A stretch of 64,000 nucleotides of DNA, from contig JBEUKZ010000062.1 in assembly GCA_048128005.1 (NCBI GenBank), forward strand, positions 310,001 to 374,000, read 5' to 3'. The position numbers and the translations under genes were made by a program. The notes beneath the pieces are model-generated. The model saw only the letters and a program-made list of their open reading frames with translations, was not told the DNA's origin and searched no databases. Shown piece by piece: positions 41,301 through 55,184 of the stretch (positions are counted from its first letter, which is position 1; each line of letters starts with the position of its first letter). This DNA comes from Veleropilina oligotropha. Taxonomy: Eukaryota.

Positions 41301-42494
41301 TGATTTCATCGCCATAGAGGAGTCGCACATACCAACACCCGATGCTGCTCGTGGGCCGTCACATTTGGAAGAAAGTGGTCATCTCATTCTACCTCTGCAA
41401 GACTGCGAAGTTGGATTGCTCATTGGATATAACTGCCCTCAAGCTCTTGCGCCACGTCATTGCATTACTGGTAATGATAACGAACCATTTTGTGTAGAGA
41501 AACAGATCTCGGTTGGAGCGTAGTAAGATGCATAAATCACCGGGAAGACTCTGGAGATGTTTTCGGGACAACCCATCGCATCATCTCGAAGAAGGTGTCC
41601 AAAGAGTTGAGGACCGATGCTCATCAGCCAGATTCACATCCAGAGTTGCAACATATTCCCGAGGAAGTAAGTTTTGTTTGTAAAACAAACGTCAAGGAAC
41701 AACTCATTTCTCCTTTGGACATACGGAATATACTTGAATCAGATTTCTTGGAGACTTAAGATGAAGGACGAACCATGTCACAGGATGATCTGCAATTTCT
41801 GCGAATACTAGACAGTGGCATTCATCAGCGTGAAGATGGACACTACGAGCTGCCTATACCATTCAAGAGCAAGAAGCCAGAGCTGCCAAATAATCGATCA
41901 ATAGCGATGGGTCGTCTAAATTACCTGAAGAGAAGAACTTCATGAATGACGTCTTACGTCATGGCGATGCAGAAGAAGTCCCATCATCAGAGGTATAACA
42001 GGACACAGTTTGGTATATACCCCATCATGGGGTATATCACCCAAAAAAACGAACAAAATAAGAGTGGTTTTTGACTGCAGCGCAAAGTATGCAGGGGTCT
42101 CTCTTAATGATCATGTCCTCCAGGGTCCCGATTTGACCAATGCTCTTATCGTTGTCCTGTGCTGGTTTCGACAGGAACGAATAGCTATTATGTGTGATGT
42201 GGAAAGGATGTCCCACCAGTTCAAGACAAACGATGAAGATGAAAACTATTTGCGTTTCCTTTGGTGGAAAGACAATAACATCGACTCAGAACCAGCTGAT
42301 TTCCGCATGAAGGTACATGTTTTTGGTGCAGCATCATCCCCCGGTTGTGCCAATTACGGTCTGAAGAAGATTGCAACATATTATTGACATCAGTTCGGTA
42401 CGGATACCGCCAATTTTATCAACAACAACTTTTATGCCGATGATGGATTGAGAAGTGTTGACACCGCTGCTAACGCTATATCACTTGTGAAGAA

Positions 42495-43035
42495 TGCTTG
42501 GGAGATGTGCTCGGAGAATGCTCGGAGATGTGCTCGGAGAATGCTCGGATAATGCTCGGAGATGTGCTCGGAGAATGCTCGGGAGATGTGCTCGCAGAAT
42601 GCTCGGAGATGTGCTCGGAGAATGCTCGGAGATGTGCTCGGAGAATGCTCGGAGATGTGCTCGGAGAATGCTCGGAGATGTGCTCGGAGAATGCTCGGGA
42701 GATGTGCTCGGATAATGCTCGGAGAATGCTCGGGAGATGTGCTCGGAGATGTGCTCGGAGAATTCTCGGGAGATGTGCTCGGAGAATGCTCGGAGATGTG
42801 CTCGGAGAATGCTCGGAGATGTGCTCGGAGAATTCTCGGGAGATGTGCTCGGAGAATGCTCGGGAGATGTGCTCGGAGAATGCTCGGAGATGTGCTCGGA
42901 GAATGCTCCGGGGATGTGCTCGGAGAATGCTCGGAGATGTGCTCGGAGAATGCTCGGAGATGTGCTCGGAGAATGCTCGGAGATGTGCTCGGAGAATGCT
43001 CGGAGATGTGCTCGGAGAATGCTCGGGAGATGTGC
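42495..43035 (+). repeat. Minisatellite (atgctcggaga / tgtgctcggaga units) inside the BEL pol gene
   Basis: Directly visible. It lies between the YADD motif and the downstream RT sequence GKGNARLHKF. Confidence 0.95.
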
Positions 43036-45591
43036 GGTAAGGGTAATGCCCGCCTGCACAAATTCCTATCAATTGACCGGAAAGTCATGGAAGCGATTCC
43101 TCAATCAGAAAAAGCCAAGGACGTAAGGGACCTGGACCTGTCCTTTGCGATGCTGCCTATTGAAAGAGCTCTCGGGGTGCTGTGGTGCGTAAAATCGGAC
43201 AGCTTTCAATTTAGGCTTATAATCAAGGATAAACCCCTGACTCGCCGTGGTATTCTCTCAACAATATCATCAGTGTACGATCCTCTTGGTTTCAATTCAC
43301 CCTTTGTACTAATTGGCAAACAGACACTACAACAAATGTGTCAAGATGGAATTGGCTGGGATGATAAATTGCCAGAAGAAATTCGTGTTATATTGGAATA
43401 ATGGAGAATGCATTTGCCCGCGTTGGAAAAGTTGAAGATCGAAAGATTCTTTAAACCAAAAGAATTCGGAAAGCCCAAAGTGGTGGAACTGCACCACTTC
43501 TCAGATGCGAGTTTCACAGGATATGGACAATTTTCTTATGTGAGACTAGTTGATGATCAGAACAGAGTGCATTGCGCCCTAGCCATGGGAAAAGGAAGAG
43601 TAGTACCACTCAAGGTGGTGACAATACCACGTCTGGAGCTTCAGGCCGCAGTAGTCTCTGTCAGCAGTTTGATTCACAAATAATTGGACTACAAAAATCA
43701 CTGAAGACTGTTTCTGGACGGATTCTCAAGTGGTTTTGGGATACATTCACAACGAAGCTCGACGTTTGCACGTATTTGTGGAAAATAGAGTCCAACGGAT
43801 ACATGAAAGCACAAAACCTACACAGTGGAAGCACGTCTCTACCGAGAACAATCCTGCCGACCACTGCTCAAGGGGACTGAATCCGATGGAACTGCTATCC
43901 TCTAACTGGTTTACAGGACCATCATTCCTTTGGCAAGATAACATTCCACTCGATGAATCATCATCAACTCGTTTGCTGCCAGACGATACTGAGGTGAGAA
44001 AGGTATCCACTCATGCAACCAGCACCAACGAGACATTCTCCTTACTGAAGAGATTTGAACGTTATTCTTCTTGGACCAGCTTAGTGAGAACCATCACCTT
44101 GCTGCAATCAATCATAGCCAAGAAAAGAAGTGGAGGAGCTCGTCGAAGACAATTGCCAATTGATGAAAACGATCGTCAGAGAGCTGTGCGTACCATTCTT
44201 AAAATGATACAACTTGAACATCTTTCTGAAGAGATGCACATGTTGCGAAATTCATCATCCAAATGCCTACCCAAGATCAGGAAAGGAAGTGTACTTCAAA
44301 GGTACGATCCTTTCCTGGATGAACACGGATTGCTGAGAGTCGGTGGTAGACTTACCCATTCATCTCAGCAGTATGGAGTCAAGTTCCCACTTATTCTTCC
44401 AAAGAAAAGTCATGTGACGAATTTGATCATTCGGCACTTCCATGAGAAGATCGCCCATAGAGGAAGAGGAATGACGCTGAATGAGCTTCGCTCCAGTGGG
44501 TACTGGGTACTCGGTGGCAGTTCAGTGGTGTTATAGCTGATCTACATATGTCTGATGTGCAGAAAACTTCGTGGATCCACCCAAGACCAAAAGATGGCAA
44601 ATCTTCCATCAGATAGATTGAAACCCTCGCCTCCTTTCACCTATTGCGGAATGGATTGTATCGGACCATTTTACGTGAAGGAAGGCCGCAGAGAACTAAA
44701 GCTGTATGGGCTTTCGTTCACGTGTATGGTGTCAAGGACGACATGACCACAGATGCCTTCATAAGTGGATTGAGGTGCTTCACGGCCTTGAGGGGCTCAG
44801 TACGTCAAATCAGTTGCGATCAAGGGACGAACTTCGTAGGCGCCAAGCATGAACTGAAGCATGCTCTTGAAGAAATTAATGAAGACCGATTGAGAAGGTT
44901 GCTGCTGGAAAGTAGCTGTGACTTCGGTACGAATTCTCCTGCGTCAAGTCACATGGGTGGCGTTTGGGAGCGCAACATTCGTACCATACGGAGTGTCCTG
45001 ACCGCTCTTCTTGACACGAATTCTTTCCAGTTGAACACGTCTTCATTGTAAACATTTTTCTATGAAGCTATGGCTACTATTAATAGTCACCCGCTCTCTG
45101 CACAGAACATGAATGATCCATGTGGACACGAGGCTCTTACACCCAACCATCTCCTCACGATGAAATCGAGCCTGATAATGCCACCTCCTGGAAACTTCGC
45201 TGAAGAAGACATCTATTTACGCCAGCGCTGACGACGAATCCAATATCTGGCCGATCAATTTTGGATGAGGTGGAGGAAAGAGTATATGCTGACTTTGCAA
45301 TCCCGTCAGATGCGGAATTTGAATAAGCGGAACTTTCATGTCGAAGACATCGTTATCCTTAAAGAAGAGGATTTAGTCAGAGGTCATTGGAGACTGGCTC
45401 GCGTGGTTGAAGCCACACTAGACAGTGATAACCTGGTACGAAAGGTTAACCTTTTGATGGCTGATAGAAACCGCAACGACCTTGGAAAGAGAACAGCGAC
45501 TGCATGTTACCTGGAGAGACCTGTTCACAAGTTGACTCTACTAACAGAAGATGAAAATCACTGAAGAGTCAAAGTTGATTTTGGGCGGGTG

Positions 45592-46229
45592 TGTTACTGT
45601 GGAGGCTTGCACGAGGGCTAACCGCTAGGCCTTGCACTAGGGCTAACCGCTAGGCCTTGCACTAGGGCTAACCGCTAGGCCTTGCACTAGGGCTAACCGC
45701 TAGGCCTTGCACTAGGGCTAACCGCTAGGCCTTGCACTAGGGCTAACCGCTAGGCCTTGCACGAGGGCTAACCGCTAGGCTTGCACTATGGCTATTCATT
45801 CAATCAATACTTTGTCTTACCTTAGCACTAATTTAGATCGTTACGCTCTGAAATAAAGTTCCTGTGTAACTGATTATATATTGTGTACTTTTGTAACAAT
45901 CGTATTATGATTATTTGTGCAACATATTATATTGATTCTACTAGCTGATACTTGTGCATTTATGTTCTTCAAAGTATTTAGATTTAACGATAATCGCGCC
46001 TTAACCTTGTTATGTAATATAGGCATTGCCGTACATTTCGAGAACACGCCGAGGCGGCATGTCACGTTGAACAGGCTGATGTTTACTTAAACCCCCTCTT
46101 TTCTAGAAGTCGCACGAGTTTTCACGTTGTGTCATGGTTTGTAACCTACTAACGTAAGCTGTTCGAATAAATCATGTTATATCAGTCGAAAAGCGTGTCT
46201 TACTTGCCAATGGGACTGAGGGAGTTACA
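45592..46229 (+). repeat. 3' LTR (TGT...ACA) containing about 7 copies of a 25-bp repeat
   Basis: Starts tgttac after a G-rich gggcgggtg tract and ends gttaca. Internal unit gggctaaccgctaggccttgcacta at about 45604-45793. Confidence 0.9.
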
Positions 46230-46999
46230 ATGACCACGCTCTGCATCATATATGGCTTGGATGAGTTCAGGCCATACACGTTTACCGTTGTTCCTTATTT
46301 CAGGCTTCCAAACCACGCTCTGCACCATATATTGCTTGGATGAGTTCAGGCCATACACGTTTACCGTTGTTCCTTATTGCAGGCTTCCAGACCACGCTCT
46401 GCACCATATATTGCTTGGATGAGTACAGGCCATACACGTTTACCGTTGTTCCTTATTTCAGGCTTCCAGACCACGCTCTGCACCATATATGGCTTGGATG
46501 AGTTCAGGCCATGCACGTTTACCGTTGTTCCTTATTTCAGGCTTCCAGACCACGCTCTGCACCATATATGGCTTGGATGAGTTCAGGCCATACACGTTTA
46601 CCGTTGTTCCTTATTTCAGGCTTCCAGACCACGCTCTGCACCATATATGGCTTGGATGAGTTCAGGCCATACACGTTTACCGTTGTTCCTCATTTCAGGC
46701 TTCCAGACCACGCTCTGCACCATATATGGCTTGGATGAGTTCTGGCCATACACGTTTGCCGTTGTTGCTTATTTCAGGCTTTCAGACCACGCTCTGCACC
46801 ATATATGGCTTGGATGAGTTCTGGCCATACACGTTTACCATTATTCCTCATTTCAGGCTTCTAGACCACGCTCTGCACCATACATGGCTTGGATGAGTTC
46901 TGGTCATAAACGTTTACCGTTGTTCCTCATTTCAGGCTTCCAGACCACGTTCTGCACCATATATGGCTTGGATGAGTTCTGGCCATACACGTTTACCGT
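46230..46999 (+). repeat. 79-bp tandem array, each unit = splice acceptor plus the first about 64 nt of exon D
   Basis: Acceptor cag|GCTT recurs with exon-start positions 46304, 46383, 46462, 46541, 46620, 46699, 46778, 46857 and 46936. Confidence 0.95.
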
Positions 47000-47064
47000 A
47001 GAAGCGGAAACAGTCCGCGGGGTGGCCGCCAGCATGTCTGCAGCGTTCCGTACAGCAGAAGGAA
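46936..47064 (+). CDS. Host gene exon D: C-terminal half of an FN3 domain
   Basis: Boundaries catttcag| and |gtaagc. 129 nt, phase 1-1. GFQTTFCTIYGLDEFWPYTFTVEAET...FRTAEG completes the FN3 domain begun in exon C. Confidence 0.85.
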
Positions 47065-47291
47065 GTAAGCAGAAAGTTACTTCTCAATTCAGTTCTGGCA
47101 AACGTAATTGGACATTGTTTAGCACCGACAGTGCAGTATTATAAATGAACTAGTTTGTTGTACTAATTTGTTAAACATTATCAAATGTCAAGTAGATTGG
47201 AAATTTTAAGTTAATGTCAATCGATATGAATTGCAAAACGCGTTATGCAAACCTATATTGTCAATATTATCTCCTGTCTTTTTATTACAAG

Positions 47292-47431
47292 CTCCTGGTG
47301 TTGTTGCTAAATTTGAAGTTAGGCCCATTATCGCCAACTTCACTGCCTTATCGGTTTCCTGGACACCACCCAGCCTGCGAGACCGGAACGGCAATATCAC
47401 GACATATAACATAACTTACAGCGTAACTTCG
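47292..47431 (+). CDS. Host gene exon E: FN3 N-terminal part
   Basis: Boundaries ttattacaag| and |gtaggc, phase 1-0. TPGVVAKFEV...LSVSWTPPSLRDRNGNITTYNITY. An alternative in-phase donor after 47422 is possible. Confidence 0.8.
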
Positions 47432-47914
47432 GTAGGCTATAATGCAGTCTCTATCTCTCATAACGTACCCAGGTCTTCCAAACCCCCGATGTCACAGTGT
47501 CACCGGCCATCTGACGAAACGCCAGGCATGAGCGAAAGCGAGTGTCTGTGAATGCTCTTCCTCGCCCCGTCCATTTTTAATATTGCCACTCCCACTGTCT
47601 GCCTATGCGTATGCTTATTGTGACAGTAGTAGATTGCATGATTGAATATGAGTATAGTATATAGGCTTACTATAACAGTAGGAGATTCAAAACTGGACAT
47701 GTAGGATACAAGATCACCAGCTTTTCAAACTTTGTCGAAATGAAATGACTTGTGCTAAATCTAGCATGTGCTAAGTCTACTGTTAATTAATTGGTTCATC
47801 GGGTCTGTGTTGCTGTTACAGTTCAACTTCTATTGTATGGCATAATATTATTTTCATGTTTTGCTACGGTATTTATATAGAATGTATATTATGAACCTTT
47901 CGTTGTGCTTCTAG

Positions 47915-48028
47915 AATACGAATGCTGCTAATGAGCACCATGGTGGGACGTATACCATTCCTAGTGATGACGTCACACTAATGTCAGTCGATGTCAGCAT
48001 ATTCCCAGAATATAACTACACCTTCATG
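47915..48028 (+). CDS. Host gene exon F
   Basis: Boundaries gcttctag| and |gtaact. 114 nt, phase 0-0. Ends ...[12 protein letters not shown] (FN3 tyrosine corner). Confidence 0.8.
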
Positions 48029-48029
48029 G

Positions 48030-48669
<640 letters not shown>

Positions 48670-48672
<3 letters not shown>

Positions 48673-50015
48673 TATTATTAATATTTAATACATTTATAAT
48701 GCGCCTATTCTAGTGTAGCTCTAAGCGCAGTACAAACTATGACTAATATTACAGTACAATGTACACAAGAATATACAGGAGAGACATCAATGATACATAC
48801 TATGAATGCAATAAGCAATAATAATAAACAGAATATTTTTTTGTTGAGTATTTTCAATTTTATTAATTTTTTTTTTTTTTTACAAGCGCAATCAGACAAA
48901 GAGGTGAAGCAGCCCCTGCGTGAACTTCAACCAACTTTGAATGATACATATGATGAATGCTATAAGCAATAACAATGAACAGATGTGAAGCAGTCATTAC
49001 TGTCCTCCTATTACGATGTCAGCTGAATTGTTAGTGAGATTTGATCAGGTTGGCATATACATCAGCAAATAGGTGTGTTTTCAACGTCTTCCGAAAACTT
49101 GTCTGAGATGTGCTTTCCTTTACTTTAGATGGGAGTTTGTTCCATAGTTTTGGGGCATTGTTGATAAATGCTCTATCGCCATATTTATTCATTGTTCTAT
49201 TCTCTGTCAACTGTTGTAATTGCTGCGACCTAAGTGCTCTAATAGGTCGATATTGAGCCAGAAGTTCAATAATATATCCAGGCGCTTTTCCTTGAAGAGA
49301 ATTGTAAACGAATGTAAGAATTTTGAAGATAATCCGTTTCTCAACAGGGAGCCAGTGTAGACTATATAGCAGCGGGGTTGCATGGTCCCTTGGCTGGGCA
49401 AGTAAAATCAGCCTGGCTGCGGCATTCTGAACTTGCTGCAATCTGTTAATGAGGCTTGCGTTTATTCCGAAAAGTAAACTGTTGGAATAATCAAGGCGAG
49501 ATATGACATATGCATGCACAAGAAGCTTCGTTGCATCTGGTGTTAAAAAACGACGGATGCGTTCTGATGTTTCTTAGAAAGAATAATGAGCATTTAACTT
49601 TATCAGAGACGAATTTTTCCATCGACATAGTGTTGTCGAAGTAAGCACCCAAATTTCTTACAAATTCGCTGGAGTTTATTTCAGTTTCACCAACTTGTAG
49701 GTTTACATCTCGGACCTTTGTGATGTTACTTCTTGAGCCAAATATAATAAACTCAGTTTTATCATCATTGAGTTTCAGCATGTTTGTGCACATCCAGTGT
49801 TTGATCTCTGAAACACAGCTCTCCAATATGTCTAGGCTTGCCTTGAAGGAGCTTTTGGGATCAAATGCATCATATATTTGACTGTCATCTGCGTAGAAAT
49901 GATAGGACAGATTATATTTGGAGGCAATCTTTGCTACGGGTGTGACATACATCGAAAACAGAATCGGACCTAAGACGGAACCTTGCGGCACACCGTAAGG
50001 GAGAGAGACAGGGTC
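48670..50015 (-). mobile_element. L2-clade LINE, 5'-truncated
   Basis: [43 protein letters not shown]. One frameshift near 49555. Stem-loop plus (TAA)n-like 3' tail. Confidence 0.9.
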
Positions 50016-50435
<420 letters not shown>

Positions 50436-51608
50436 CTAGTACGGATCCCGATTTCGGGGGACCAGAGGTGCAGAAATATCAGCCTTCAGGGGACATGTCC
50501 CCCGGAGGCACATATACATACATTTGGTCCCCCGATTTGCGTTGCAATAAATTATATCAATTAATCAAAATTCATGGCAAAAGTCGACGTTAACTTTAGT
50601 TTCCAATCGTACTGAAGCCGTGGGGCATGTTTATGCACTTTGTAGGTAACTGAAAATGTGTTATTTTAATGATTGTAAAAATTTCTTTTATATCTTCTGG
50701 TGCATACAAAACAGCATTTCGAGCAAATTGCTATATTATTGAATTACTTGATTGTGTCAGGGTGTATGTTTCTACAAATTGGTGCACTAATTTGAAGCAC
50801 TGCGATAACAATGTATTGCTAATTAGGTTGACATTTGTGCATTATTCGTTGACTTATTAAACATATATAAATCGATGTAGCCTGAAATTGGCTTTCGAAA
50901 CCTATATATATCTGCCTTCCCACAATTCAACATCCCGTACAATTCCCGGATGGAAAACGTTCTTCTTCCAGTACAACACATGCAGATAGATACCATAACT
51001 GTTGAGTGTATTCAATGATTTTTACCGTTGTTTGTGATATGACAATACAACGTACGTTATATTATAGTCGCTATGTAGGCTAATGGCATGCTTATCGTGA
51101 ACGTAAAATATCCCATCGCGTCTCAATCGTACGTGGGCGGTAGTTTTTCTCCGTTGGGTTCGGGTAGGTCACAGGCATTCGCCACCGGCAACCATAATAT
51201 CACAGTCCCTTGACGACATGTCATACAATTTAAAGAAAAAGAAATCTCCAGGCAAACGCCACACTCATTGATAGTCATATAAAATAGAGAAAGTTGTGAT
51301 ACAACAAAATGGCGCTATTAAATCGGCAAATACTCACAATACACGAGCACAACTTTTTTATGTAAAATGAACATGCCCGGTTCTGCTGGAATCGATAAAC
51401 CACAGGCATTCGCCACCGGCAACCCTAGTATACATTCTGAAAAAATCGATCCCTCCTATGCTATATACTAGTGAAAGGTATTACACGGAAAATGGCGGCC
51501 GTTGGGGTGGGGGTGACAATCGCATCATCGTGCCGATTTCTGTCTGTAGTTTATCAATGGGCATATTCGTTTTACCACTCAGAAGTGCTTCCGTAAACAG
51601 AATACATT

Positions 51609-52215
51609 ATTTTTATGCTCCCACCAATTTATTGGGGGGGGGGGATATAGATTTACCCTTGTCCGTCCGTCCGTCCCGAAACCAGTATATTCTGCTATAA
51701 CTTCCATTTGCCTTCATGGATTGACTTGATACTTTATATACTTGCTTATCATCATTCATACTTCGCTTCTGCGACCCACACATGTCGCCCTATGCCCAAG
51801 GTCAAGGTCAAATGACATAGCTCTTCGAACCAGTATTTGCGTGCGAGTAACTATATTTTGCTATAACTTCCATCTGACTTCATGGATTTACTTGATACTT
51901 CATACACTTGCTTATCATCATTCATTCTTCGCTTCTCCGACCCATCCATGTCGCAGTATGCCAAAGGTCAAGGTCAAATGATATAGCTCTTCAAACCAGT
52001 ATTTGCGTGCGAGTAACTCCATTCTGCTATAACTTCCATCTGCCTTCATGGATTGACTTGATACTTCATATACTTGCTTATCATCATCCATACTTCGCTT
52101 CTGCGACCAACCCGTGTCGCCCTATGCCAAAGGTCAAGGTCAAATGACATAGCTCTTCGAACCAGTATTTGCGTGCGAGTAACTCTATTTTGCTATAACT
52201 TCCATCTGCCTTCAT
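51609..52215 (+). mobile_element. HINE/pearl-type element with 166-bp internal tandem repeats
   Basis: Head ttttatgctccc...ggggg followed by (gtcc)n. aaccagtattt recurs at 51828, 51994 and 52160. Confidence 0.8.
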
Positions 52216-52216
52216 G

Positions 52217-52336
52217 CGTTCTCGTGATTAATTCGCCGCAACTCACTCGAGGTTTCCGACGTGCCAGAATCCACACTTCGTTCTCGTGATTAATTCGCCG
52301 CAACTCACTCGAGGTTTCCGACTTGCCAGAATCCAT
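52217..52336. repeat. 62-bp tandem duplication
   Basis: cgttctcgtgattaattcgccgcaactcactcgaggtttccgac occurs twice. Confidence 0.9.
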
Positions 52337-52441
52337 ACAATACTGATAACATCATTGTATTAGATACTTTTATTTACGGTAATTATTCTGGGTTTCGGTT
52401 TTAATTTGGCTTCTATATATGTAAGCTGCTGTTTTCTTTAG

Positions 52442-52511
52442 ATTGTTGCTATCACGATGACGGACAATGTGGGAACAGAGAAAACAGTGAATATCCAAAC
52501 ACCGTCTGGCC
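52442..52511 (+). CDS. Host gene exon G: end of an FN3 domain
   Basis: Boundaries ttttctttag| and |gtaagt. 70 nt, phase 0-1. IVAITMTDNVGTEKTVNIQTPSG. Confidence 0.8.
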
Positions 52512-52968
52512 GTAAGTTATATCATTATTTCGAACTTTACATTAATGTAAATTTATCGTCAGCATAATAATTTGTCATCCTAATATATCAAACGAAACAT
52601 ACTATTCAATAATTAGTTAACAGACAATCAGGCAGGTAGTTTCTCTGGCGTTACAGGATTGAGCCAAATGAGGGTTTCTTCATTTTGTAATACATGTACT
52701 TAATACTGCAATACCTCCGTTCCTCCCTCGTTGCCGCTGCCACGATCTTAGCTACTCTAGGGTATGCGATAAAAATAGCTACGGACATGTCGGAGAAAGC
52801 ACGTTCAACGGGATACGGAGCTCTAGTGCCTCTGAGCTATGAGATCCTTAGTAAAGGATACATGCACGAATGAGACTTTCAGATCCATAAAATGCAAAAT
52901 CATTTTAATGTTTCATAATGTGAAATGGTCTTACCGGCATTTCTGATGAAATTATATTGACAAGGTAA

Positions 52969-54419
52969 GGGACTGGTCATGTATGACATCATTTTAAGCT
53001 GTATAACAAGACATATTGGCATCCAAGGCAAAGAAAAGGCTGATAAAGCAGCAATGTCAGCTTTACAAATTACACAACGTATAAATTTCAAAATTCCGTA
53101 TTCAGATTTTAAGTACCATATACATAAATACATTCAAACTGCATGGCAATGTTTGTTGAGATTATCGCATGTGAAATAAACTGCAGAATTACCAGGATCT
53201 TCTTGGTGAGTCCCTGCGCCGTGAAGAGGCCGTTTTGACTATATTCATTACTACCGGTACTTGCTTAAAGGGGAACCACCACCTGAGTGTAGGTCTACTG
53301 TTTGAGCTTCCGACCTAACAGTCAAACATATAGTATTGGACAGTGTTGATTTAGACCCAATGCGATAACGTATTTTAGGACATTGTCACGTCAAGAACTA
53401 TTTAGTAATATTACAATTGATGACATTTTGTTTTTTAAAAAAAGAAGCTAATATTACCCTTTTATTTTTTTCAAAAGTTCTGGTGACATTTTTTTGCAAA
53501 TTTAGGTCTATATTGAATTCACTGTATGACTCATATGCAAAAAAGAGAATACTGTTTCTGATATACATAGTAATTTAACCTATTAAGTCGCTTGACCTGA
53601 ATCCGATTATGACTGAAATATTGTTGGCGTGGTCGTTACACACTAATTCAATTGAAATCAACTGGTCTGCGTTTTTAGAGTGCAAACGTGGTATTTTACC
53701 AACATTTATAACCATTTTAATCAAGTTGGATGACTTTTACAGAATTTTGTGTAATTATTTCATGACCCGCCCCTAAAGCCTTATCATTCTGAAAAGTGGT
53801 AGGATCCAACTGTTACAATTTGTTATGAACTGTCAGCGTGTGTCCCTTCCCTCCCCGTGCAGATGAAAATTTGGACAATTAACGGTGTGAAACTCATTAT
53901 CCTGCATTCTGAGAGCGCAAACGTGATGTTTCTTACCACCAACATATACAAATCACTATCAACAATATGAATATTATGTTTTCATAGAATAACACCAACA
54001 CATTATTTTCATGACCCGTTCCTAAAGCAAAGGAAATGTTTGACAATTTTTGGTGTGAAACCCCCTTTCCTGCATTCTGAGAGTGAATACCAAACATGTA
54101 ATAATGTACAACCTTTATGAATAATTTTCACCAAAGTATTACACAACACTTTTTATCATGACACAGCCCTAAAGCCACTGTCATTTTGAGAAAAAGGTAC
54201 TAGGGTCAAACCTTCATCAATTGTATATTCCCCATGCAGAGAAATATTTGACAATCAACGGTGTAAAACACTCTCTCATGCATTCTGAGTATTAAAAAAT
54301 GATATGTAACCTCAAACACTGTTTTTTAATTTCATGACCCACCCCTAAAACCTGTCTTTTTTCATGACCCACCCTCAATTTTCAGCGGCCCATCCCCCCT
54401 GTAATAACTGACCAGTCCC
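52969..54419. mobile_element. PIF/Harbinger-like MITE with a nested LINE fragment
   Basis: TIR gggactggtca / tgaccagtccc with TAA on both sides. Internal repeats tttcatgaccc.cccctaaa. Confidence 0.65.
52980..53430 (+). mobile_element. Decayed RNase H-bearing LINE fragment (I/Nimb-like)
   Basis: HIGIQGKEKADKAA resembles the RNase H motif H.GI.GNE.AD.AA. Confidence 0.6.
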
Positions 54420-54694
54420 TAATGCACAAAATATTTCCTCACAAGATAAGCTAAACAAGGATATTGATTCATTTTAAATAAAAAGCTTGTTCGTAAAAAC
54501 GTAATTTGCACCCCACCCCCAATGAAAAGATGGGAGTTTCCCACCAATCTCTGTACTGCTATTAATATATGTTAAAAAGCCTCACAGTTTAATTTGTCAG
54601 GTATTTTCAGATATAAAAAAAATTATATGTTCCATGAAGTACAAATTTGGATGAATTGTTGTATTAATATTATTGCCGATTAATATTTTCATAG

Positions 54695-54850
54695 CACCCC
54701 CTATTGTTAATCTCGTCGTGGCCGCTGGGCCCATTGCTTCGACGATGAACAAGATAAGTATAACGGTGAACACCATGCGGCTAAACGACACCAAGAATGG
54801 CGAGGTTCAGCTAATGGGAATCATTGTCTGTGCAAGTGCCAAGGTATCAG
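54695..54850 (+). CDS. Host gene exon H: start of the membrane-proximal domain
   Basis: Boundaries ttttcatag| and |gtgagt. 156 nt, phase 1-1. PPPIV...KISITVN...LNDTKNGEVQLMGIIV resembles the R3 RPTP 'SD.NG.I..Y.VIV' segment. Confidence 0.8.
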
Positions 54851-55076
54851 GTGAGTAATATAAGTACACGTTTTTTGAGCTTATTCCTGAACTGTTCCAT
54901 GTTACATAAACAACATTTATTATATATATGTTTACGTCTGTATGATGATAGTATACACACAAATATTTGTAATTAAGATATGCCAAATAGCTACGTAAAA
55001 TAGATACAGAAATAAATGAGCGCATTAAAAATCTTGTTTATTAGATATCCAAATTTGATTTCGATTTTGTTTACAG

Positions 55077-55184
55077 AAATCGTGACAGGCAACACGTTAG
55101 CACATTATGAAATATATGATAACTGGCAGATTGCGTCCGCTAACGGTTTCAGCCCTTACCGAATCAACGTACCCTCGGTGTCAG
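55077..55184 (+). CDS. Host gene exon I
   Basis: Boundaries ttgtttacag| and |gtatgc. 108 nt, phase 1-1. ...YDNWQIASANGFSPYRI... Confidence 0.8.

Larger units (their letters stand above)
37878..46229 (+). mobile_element. BEL/Pao LTR retrotransposon, decayed
   Basis: Gag zinc knuckle CYGCIEQGHVSNKC; protease-like LDTQSD; RT KIRVVFDCSA / SLNDHVLQGPDL / FGAASSP / YADD; RNase H LHHFSDAS and TIPRLELQAA; integrase SHMGGVWER. Direct LTRs. Many stops and frameshifts. Confidence 0.95.

Noticed and set aside
37099..43126. Repetitive 130-260 aa ORFs at 37099-37889 and 42432-43126
   Set aside because: They are open frames produced by stop-free tandem repeats, with no independent coding evidence.
37119..46999. 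CRISPR-like appearance of the 31-bp and 79-bp arrays
   Set aside because: There are no unique spacers and no cas genes, and the context is eukaryotic. The units are simple head-to-tail repeats of exon sequence.
47510..47550. CTGACGA...GAAA...GTC hammerhead-like words in the intron after exon E
   Set aside because: Stems I, II and III do not pair at the positions next to the core.
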